Positions 58,108-64,000 of a stretch of 64,000 nt of DNA are shown here, piece after piece; position 1 is the stretch's first letter; each line of letters begins with the position of its first letter. The stretch covers positions 170,675 to 234,674 of the forward strand of contig JAGAFD010000007.1 in assembly GCA_017612805.1 (NCBI GenBank). Direction: 5' to 3'. The notes beneath the pieces are model-generated. The model was not told where the DNA came from. It ran no database searches and worked only from the letters and a program-made list of their open reading frames with translations. The DNA comes from Bacilli bacterium (GTDB lineage Bacteria > Bacillota_I > Bacilli_A > RF39 > UBA660). The position numbers and the translations under genes were made by a program.

Positions 58108-60138
58108 ATGAAGAGAATTATAAAAAAAGTTTATTTAAATGTCATTGATTATGTTATTTCTAATCGTTTATTTTTATCATACGTTTTTTTATCATTTATT
58201 AGTACTTTAATAATTAGATATGCAACGATTGGTTATGTATTTAGTTTAGTATCAATGACTATTGATATGGCATTTATTTTAATTCTTGGTTCTTTTGCAT
58301 ATATATTAAAACCTCAAAATCAATTTAAATATTTATTTATCTTAATGTTTATTTATTATTTTACAACTACTTCTAATTCAATTTATTATACTTTTTATAC
58401 TAACTTTGCATCCCTTAGTTTAATTACGGCTTTAAGTCAAACGGGAGAAGTAGCAGATAGTGTATTTAATAAACTAAGATTATTAGATTTTGTTTATATT
58501 CCGATGTATTTGTTATTTTACTATATTCATACTAGACTTAAAAAATCAACTTATTATAATTATTTAGCACATGTTGAAAAAGGTTTAAAGAATATGCTTA
58601 TTACTTGTGGTGTAGGGGTTATCTTATTGTTATTTGCTGTTGCCCAATTTAATAAAGCAGATTATTCTCGTTTATCTAAACAATGGAATCGTGAATATAA
58701 TGTTAAAAGATTCGGTATTTTAATGTATCAAGCTAATGATATTGTTCAAAGTTTAATTCCTAAATTCAATACCTTATTTGGTTATGATAAAGCTTTAAAA
58801 GAATATAATGATTATTATGCCCTTAATCAAAAAGAAGCAAGTACTAATAGTTACACGGATATGTTTAAAGGTAAAAACTTAATTTTTATTCATATGGAAA
58901 GTGTTCAAGGAATCTTATTTGATTTAGAATTTAATGGTAAAGAAGTTGTTCCAAGTACGCATCGATTAGCTAAAGAAGGAATGTATTTTTCTAATTTTAA
59001 TCCACAAATTAGTGTCGGTACATCTTCTGATACGGAATTTACTTTAAATACAAGCTTAATGCCAGTTTTATCTGGTACCGTTGCCGTTAGTTATTATAAT
59101 CGTGAGTATATTACAATGGAAAAACTATTAAAAGCTCAAGATTATTATACTTTCTCAATGCATGGTAATAAGGCTTCGATGTGGAACCGTGAAAAATTAC
59201 ATAAGAGTTTTGGTTATGACAGGTTCTATTCAGAAAAAGATTTTACGTTTAAAGATGATCAAGTAGTTGGTTTAGGTATTTCTGATCATGATTTCTTCCA
59301 ACAAATTCAAGCTTATTTAGAAGAAATCGAGGCTACTCATGAACATTATATGGGTACGATTATTACTTTATCTAATCACTCACCATTTAATGATTTAGAT
59401 AAATATGGTGATTATAGTTTAACGGTACCAGTTAGAAGATATAATGCTAATAAAGGCATTTATGAAACGGTTAATGATAGTTTCTTAGAAGGTACGGAAC
59501 TAGGTAATTATTTACATAGTGCTCATTATGCCGATAGTGCTTTAGGTGAATTCTTTGATTATGTAAGAAATAGTGATTATTTTAATAATACGGTATTTAT
59601 TTTATATGGTGATCATGAAGCTAAAATAAGTAGAAGTCAATATGAAAAATACTTTAATCATGATTATCAAACAGGAATTACTTATACTAAAGGAGACAGT
59701 AATTTTAAGGAATATGATACTTTCTCATATGATTTAGATAAATCTACACCATTAATTATCTGGACTAAAGATAGTAATCTACAAAGTAAAATTAATAAAG
59801 AAATAACATATCCAATGGGAATGTATGATGTATTACCAACGATTGGTAATATGGTAGGTTTTTCATCTCCATATGCTTTAGGAAGTGATATCTTCACTAC
59901 TAAAAATAATAATATTGTTATTTTCCCTAATGGTAATGTATTAACGGATAAAGTTTATTACAATAATAATTCCGAAGAATATCGTGTTCTTAAAAATGGA
60001 GCAACTATTTCGGAAGATTATATTACAAATATTAAAGATTATGCTGAAAAACGTTTAAGTGTTTCAAATAGTATTATTTTATATGATTTAATTAAAAAGA
60101 ATCCAATTGATACTAATAAAGGAGATAGCAATGAGTAA
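58108..60138 (+). CDS. LtaS-family lipoteichoic-acid synthase-like protein, paralog 2
   Basis: About 676 aa. Five N-terminal TMs plus sulfatase domain (MFKGKNLIFIHMESVQ, SNHSPF, GDHEAK). GAGGTAA RBS. Confidence 0.7.
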   Translation: MKRIIKKVYLNVIDYVISNRLFLSYVFLSFISTLIIRYATIGYVFSLVSMTIDMAFILILGSFAYILKPQNQFKYLFILMFIYYFTTTSNSIYYTFYTNFASLSLITALSQTGEVADSVFNKLRLLDFVYIPMYLLFYYIHTRLKKSTYYNYLAHVEKGLKNMLITCGVGVILLLFAVAQFNKADYSRLSKQWNREYNVKRFGILMYQANDIVQSLIPKFNTLFGYDKALKEYNDYYALNQKEASTNSYTDMFKGKNLIFIHMESVQGILFDLEFNGKEVVPSTHRLAKEGMYFSNFNPQISVGTSSDTEFTLNTSLMPVLSGTVAVSYYNREYITMEKLLKAQDYYTFSMHGNKASMWNREKLHKSFGYDRFYSEKDFTFKDDQVVGLGISDHDFFQQIQAYLEEIEATHEHYMGTIITLSNHSPFNDLDKYGDYSLTVPVRRYNANKGIYETVNDSFLEGTELGNYLHSAHYADSALGEFFDYVRNSDYFNNTVFILYGDHEAKISRSQYEKYFNHDYQTGITYTKGDSNFKEYDTFSYDLDKSTPLIIWTKDSNLQSKINKEITYPMGMYDVLPTIGNMVGFSSPYALGSDIFTTKNNNIVIFPNGNVLTDKVYYNNNSEEYRVLKNGATISEDYITNIKDYAEKRLSVSNSIILYDLIKKNPIDTNKGDSNE

Positions 60139-60760
60139 AAGGGGTATATTATTCTTAATTGGAATTGGAATTGTTATTCTCGGTTTATCGGGTTTATTAG
60201 TATATCGTTTATTCTTTTATCAAACTTTCTTTAAAACGAAAAAAGAAGTAAAAATGGTTGATAAGATAAAAGATTATAACTATGTATTAGAAGATCGTGA
60301 TTCGAAGTTATATAAAACTAACTTTAAGGAATTAAAAAATGTTTTAAGTAAAAGTGATATTGATTATGAAGCTTACGCAACATTATTAACTAAATTATAT
60401 ATTATTGATTTTTATACTTTAGATAATAAAATTAGTAAATATGATGTTGGGGGATTAGATTTTATTAAAGAGAGTGATCAAACTAACTATAAAAGTATGG
60501 CAATGAATACTTATTATAAGAACGTTAAAGATAACTCAAATAACAAACGAAGTCAAAAGCTACCAATTGTTAATAATGTAAAAGTTATTAATATTGAAGA
60601 TACAATTTATAATAAAAAAGATGAGGGTTATTTAATTGATGTATTTTGGGAATATGATAAGACATATAATGCTGCTAATCATGCTAATGTAACACTTGTT
60701 AAAGAAGATAATAAATTATATCTAGTTAAGATAGAAACAATAAAAGAAGACACAGAATAG
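60131..60760 (+). CDS. Hypothetical N-terminally anchored protein, translationally coupled to LtaS paralog 2
   Basis: About 209 aa; AAAGGAGA RBS inside the LtaS 3' end; TM GILFLIGIGIVILGLSGLLVY. Confidence 0.45.
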   Translation: MSKRGILFLIGIGIVILGLSGLLVYRLFFYQTFFKTKKEVKMVDKIKDYNYVLEDRDSKLYKTNFKELKNVLSKSDIDYEAYATLLTKLYIIDFYTLDNKISKYDVGGLDFIKESDQTNYKSMAMNTYYKNVKDNSNNKRSQKLPIVNNVKVINIEDTIYNKKDEGYLIDVFWEYDKTYNAANHANVTLVKEDNKLYLVKIETIKEDTE

Positions 60761-60770
60761 TGTCTTTTTA
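60746..60770 (+). terminator. Rho-independent terminator
   Basis: AAGACAC-agaata-GTGTCTT followed by TTTT. Confidence 0.65.
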
Positions 60771-60814
60771 CTTTATATAAATTTTACTGTTTTTAATAAA
60801 AAGTATACACATAC

Positions 60815-60843
60815 TTGACATTTTTATCGAATTGTGGTATTAT
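60815..60843 (+). promoter_or_regulatory. Consensus sigma-A promoter with extended -10 (TTGACA-17-TGgTATTAT)
   Basis: Read directly; about 55-nt leader and AAAGGGG RBS before ATG 60900. Confidence 0.6.
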
Positions 60844-60899
60844 TAAGACACTCAAGAAAGTATAAAACATACATAAATGAGTCAAAGGGGTTTTGAAAA

Positions 60900-61685
60900 A
60901 TGAAAGAAATTGAAAAAGAATATTTAAATCAAGAACTAAAAAAATTAAAAGCTAAAAGGGATTTTATTTATGCCGGAGTAATGTGTGCTGCTTATGCTGC
61001 TGGTAGTGTAATACCTATAGGCCTTGCTTATGGCCTTGATATTAATCCATTTGATAAAAATGCCCATTATGATGTAGGAGAAACTACTATAACTGTTGAT
61101 CACCTAGATACTGGTGGATGTAAACGTATGGTATTTTCTAATATTTATAGTAAGGCTGATAAAATATTTAATAATGTTCCAGATGATTATATTAAATTAT
61201 ATTTATTTAGTAAGGAATATTAAGGAGAGGATAGCTTTTTATATACGACGCTTGATGAATATACAATTCCTTATTCTGATGAGAATCGTGAATTAGTTGA
61301 TAACTTTACTTCTCTTGATGAAATTGAATCGTTAAATGCTTTTCATGTTAGTCGTGGTAGTTATCCTGTTAATTTTTATGACGGTTTTTTAGCAACTGAA
61401 TATCCTGATAAATATAATGAAATTTTACAATGGTATGATAATCATAATGAATTGATTGTTGTTTCTAACCATTTAACTGGTCAAACATATGAATGTGAAA
61501 AAACTGCTGATCATAAACTTTATCAAACTATGACATTTTTAGTAGCCGTTTTAGGAGGCATGGTTATTTCTACTACTTTATTAGATCCAATACTAGATAA
61601 TAAAAAATTTAATGAGCTTGAACAAAAAATTGAAGATTATCAAGAATTACTTGATAATGAAAGAAAGTTAGAATTAAAAAAGTAA
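60900..61685 (+). pseudogene. Reading frame of 261 codons interrupted by one in-frame TAA (61221-61223): possible pseudogene, sequencing error or readthrough
   Basis: The ORF 60900-61223 and the following 154 codons (61224-61685) are in the same frame. The 76 codons after the TAA contain no ATG or GTG. The N-part has a hydrophobic segment (AGVMCAAYAAGSVIPIGLAYGL). Confidence 0.4.
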
Positions 61686-61708
61686 ATGAATAATCATTTA
61701 CTTTTTTT
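61682..61708. terminator. Bidirectional rho-independent terminator
   Basis: GTAAATGA-ataa-TCATTTAC followed by T7; serves convergent genes. Confidence 0.75.
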
Positions 61709-63494
61709 ATTGTTCAACAGTAATTATTAAAGTATCACCTTTATTAATAAAGGAACCATATCGAATACTTTGATTAATAATAGTACCAGGATTAGCTCCA
61801 GTAGTTTGATACTCAACTTGAAGAATTAAACCGTTTTGGTTAACGTAGTATTGTGCATCACCAATCGTTTTACCAATTAATTTAGGCATGGTATTATCGT
61901 TTTTACCTTTAGTAATACCTTTACCGGTTACAATTGGTTTATATTCGGTATTTGTTTCAAAATTAAAATCAATATAATTATCAATATCTTTAGTGCTTAA
62001 GTTATTTTTCATTAAATCTTTAATAGCATCCAAAGAACCAGTGTAATAACCTAAAGCAGATGTTACGGTATTAGAGCCTTTTAAATAAACAGGTAAGTCA
62101 TAGTACTCTAAATATGTTTTATCAATAGTAATAAAGTCATTTCCTTTTAAACTATTTTTAACCATATCTTTACCAACATTATAGAATGATAAGATTTGAT
62201 CAGTCGTCATATTGGTTAACATGTTTTTGGTAATGGTATTTAATAGACTTTCAAATTCTTTGTAAGTATTAATTTCTTTAATTTCTTTAGCAATTGCTTC
62301 AACTACTTGTTGTTGATTTTGAATACGATCAATATCACCACGAAGTAGGGTATGACGATGTCTAGCATATGCTAGAGCTTGTTCACCATTAAGTTTTTGT
62401 ACACCTTTTTTTAAGCATATTTCATGTTCCCCAAATCTTCTTTGACTATCTTGTTCACAGAAGTCTTTACCAACATCGATCGTTACGCCACCTAATGCAT
62501 CAACTAAATCAACAACGCCTCTAAAGTTAATTTTTACATAGTAATCAACTTTTACTTCAGTAAAGTTTTGAACGGTATTAATAACACATTCCGTACCATG
62601 AGCAGCTGAGGAATTAATCTTAGCTTTAGCATTATTACGACAAGCAATTGGAACATACATATCTCTTGGAATACTAAATACGGTTGCATTTAGAGTTTCT
62701 GGATTAAAGGTTATAAGCATTAAAGTATCGCCATTATACGCCATATTAGCATTTAGACCATCATCAGTTGAATCAACACCCATTAATAAAATACTAAAAG
62801 GTTCATCAATACTTTTTTTGCTGTTATTAGCAAGTACATTGTTTTTCATTTTCTTTTGATAAGAATCAATAACTGTTGTTTCAGTAGCTAATTTATCTAA
62901 GTTTTCTTCATCTTTATATAGAGTTACATAATTATGCGTAATAAATAAACTATCAATTTCGCCACTATATAAATCATAAAGCATTTCTAAATAATCATCA
63001 TAATAAGCAATTTCTTGTTTGATATGTTTCTTTTTAATATATTCTTTTGGTAGGATATAACCTTCAATATCATCTTCGATGTTAATCATACCAATTTTAG
63101 AATCATTAGTTAGCGTGGTATTATTAAGCTTAATATAAACGGTTTTATAATTGATATAATCTTTATTTAAATTATGTAGATTATCTAAGAAGTTATTAAT
63201 AATTGCTGAACTAAAGATATATAGGGGAATTAATAAAGTTAATAGGATCGACATAATAATAAAAGTTATCTTTCTTTTATCCATGATTGATAAGAAACCA
63301 AAGATAAAATAGATTAATAAAATAAAGTATATAAAGATTATTAAAATAAGACGAATAGTAGTTTCAATTCCGGTTAAATTAAGAATGTTATCAACCACAA
63401 TTGTTGAACTTACTATATAAGCAATCATTAATAATAAATAAATGATTATAAATACTTTATTACGTTTTTTTAGTTTTCTTAAAAATGACTTCAT
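61707..63494 (-). CDS. LCP-family phosphotransferase with C-terminal PASTA domain
   Basis: 595 aa. N-terminal TMs. LCP core (FSILLMGVDSTDDG...FSIPRDMYVPI...ARHRHTLLRGDIDRIQNQQQV). C-terminal about 70 aa PKLIGKTIGDAQYYVNQNGLILQVEYQTTGANPGTIINQSIRYGSFINKGDTLIITV fits the PASTA fold pattern. Confidence 0.75.
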   Translation of the reverse strand: MKSFLRKLKKRNKVFIIIYLLLMIAYIVSSTIVVDNILNLTGIETTIRLILIIFIYFILLIYFIFGFLSIMDKRKITFIIMSILLTLLIPLYIFSSAIINNFLDNLHNLNKDYINYKTVYIKLNNTTLTNDSKIGMINIEDDIEGYILPKEYIKKKHIKQEIAYYDDYLEMLYDLYSGEIDSLFITHNYVTLYKDEENLDKLATETTVIDSYQKKMKNNVLANNSKKSIDEPFSILLMGVDSTDDGLNANMAYNGDTLMLITFNPETLNATVFSIPRDMYVPIACRNNAKAKINSSAAHGTECVINTVQNFTEVKVDYYVKINFRGVVDLVDALGGVTIDVGKDFCEQDSQRRFGEHEICLKKGVQKLNGEQALAYARHRHTLLRGDIDRIQNQQQVVEAIAKEIKEINTYKEFESLLNTITKNMLTNMTTDQILSFYNVGKDMVKNSLKGNDFITIDKTYLEYYDLPVYLKGSNTVTSALGYYTGSLDAIKDLMKNNLSTKDIDNYIDFNFETNTEYKPIVTGKGITKGKNDNTMPKLIGKTIGDAQYYVNQNGLILQVEYQTTGANPGTIINQSIRYGSFINKGDTLIITVEQ

Positions 63495-63631
63495 CGATAT
63501 CTTTCCTAACTTATAAAATTATATAATAAATATCGTTTTATAACAAGTGTTAAGTAAATATCAAGTAAAGGTCTAGATATTGTTAATAAAGCTTGATTTT
63601 GTTATAATTATAAAGAATAGGAGGAGTATAT

Positions 63632-64000
63632 ATGTATAAGAAAATTATCATGTTAGTTTTATTATGTTTAGTATGTCTTCCTCTAACGATTAGTGCCCAA
63701 ACGGGGTTTGTATCAATTGCTGGTGGAGCATCTTCACCAGATTTAGTTAATATTCGAAAAGGTCCAAGTGGTAATTCAGAAGTTATTGACCAAATTTATT
63801 TTGGTACTAAAGTAGATATTATTGGTACTGAGGGTAATTATTATAAAGTTAATTATGGTGGAAGAACTCCTGGTTATATTTATAATACCGTAGTTGAATT
63901 AGTACCTAGTTATTCAAATGATCCAGATTATTGTAATTATTTAAAAAGTATTGGTTTTGATGAAACTTATTGCCCTTATTTAACTTACTTGCATCAATTA
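63632..64000 (+). CDS. Secreted protein with bacterial SH3 (SH3b) domain, 3' partial at window edge
   Basis: Signal peptide MYKKIIMLVLLCLVCLPLTISA, then VNIRKGPSGNSEVIDQIYFGTKVDIIGTEGNYYKVNYGGRTPGYIYNTVV, typical SH3_3. Likely the N-terminus of a cell-wall hydrolase. Confidence 0.55.
   Translation, partial: MYKKIIMLVLLCLVCLPLTISAQTGFVSIAGGASSPDLVNIRKGPSGNSEVIDQIYFGTKVDIIGTEGNYYKVNYGGRTPGYIYNTVVELVPSYSNDPDYCNYLKSIGFDETYCPYLTYLHQL

Noticed and set aside
1-64000. Search for CRISPR arrays, rRNA genes, insertion sequences, integrases and prophage modules.
   Set aside because: No regularly spaced direct repeats, no rRNA-like conserved stretches, and no ORF with transposase, integrase, recombinase, capsid or terminase features. 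tRNA-adjacent islands exist but without recognisable mobility genes.

Overview
This 64 kb window is very AT-rich (roughly 25-30% GC by eye) and looks like chromosomal DNA of a low-GC, spore-forming Firmicute (Clostridia- or Erysipelotrichia-like). It uses the standard code: TGA is a stop at the infB/rbfA ATGA overlap, so it is not Mollicutes code 4. Coding density is high, mostly on the + strand, and almost every transcription unit ends in a clear rho-independent hairpin plus T-run.

Confident housekeeping calls:
- The rimP-nusA-ylxR-infB-rbfA-(orf)-truB operon, with rpsO and pnp relocated about 18 kb downstream.
- Phosphoketolase (xfp), asparagine synthase (asnB), scpA-scpB, a MurE-type Mur ligase, a PBP5-type D-Ala-D-Ala carboxypeptidase, an Hsp20 behind a CIRCE operator, and a ZIP metal transporter.
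- A rich cell-envelope set: CsbB-like GT2 plus YfhO-like membrane glycosyltransferase, two LtaS-family sulfatase-domain proteins, two LCP proteins (one with a C-terminal PASTA domain), and a class-B sortase.
- Four tRNAs, Cys-GCA, Gly-UCC, Leu-CAA and Gly-GCC(-), each with a near-consensus sigma-A promoter and terminator.

Sporulation signature:
- A spoIIAA-like gene, a SigF-like sigma and spoVAC-spoVAD-spoVAEb form one compact cluster.
- There is no spoIIAB anti-sigma kinase gene in that cluster.
- A CotF-like small protein and two TasA/camelysin-like secreted proteins with SipW-cognate signal peptides are also present.

Things worth a second look:
- The sortase with a roughly 270-aa cytoplasmic N-terminal extension.
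- Two paralogous membrane proteins sharing a C-terminal LVC...GFTCK module.
- A tRNA-Cys-adjacent three-gene cluster whose 690-aa product carries a GH10-like motif series and a C-terminal membrane anchor.
- A pair of paralogous proteins built from tandem SH3/Tudor-like barrels sitting where ribF-rpsO-pnp normally follow truB.
- A reading frame split by a single in-frame TAA.
- A possible attenuator in the nusA operon leader.
- A four-gene island of unknowns next to tRNA-Gly.

No CRISPR array, rRNA, transposase, integrase or obvious prophage gene was seen.
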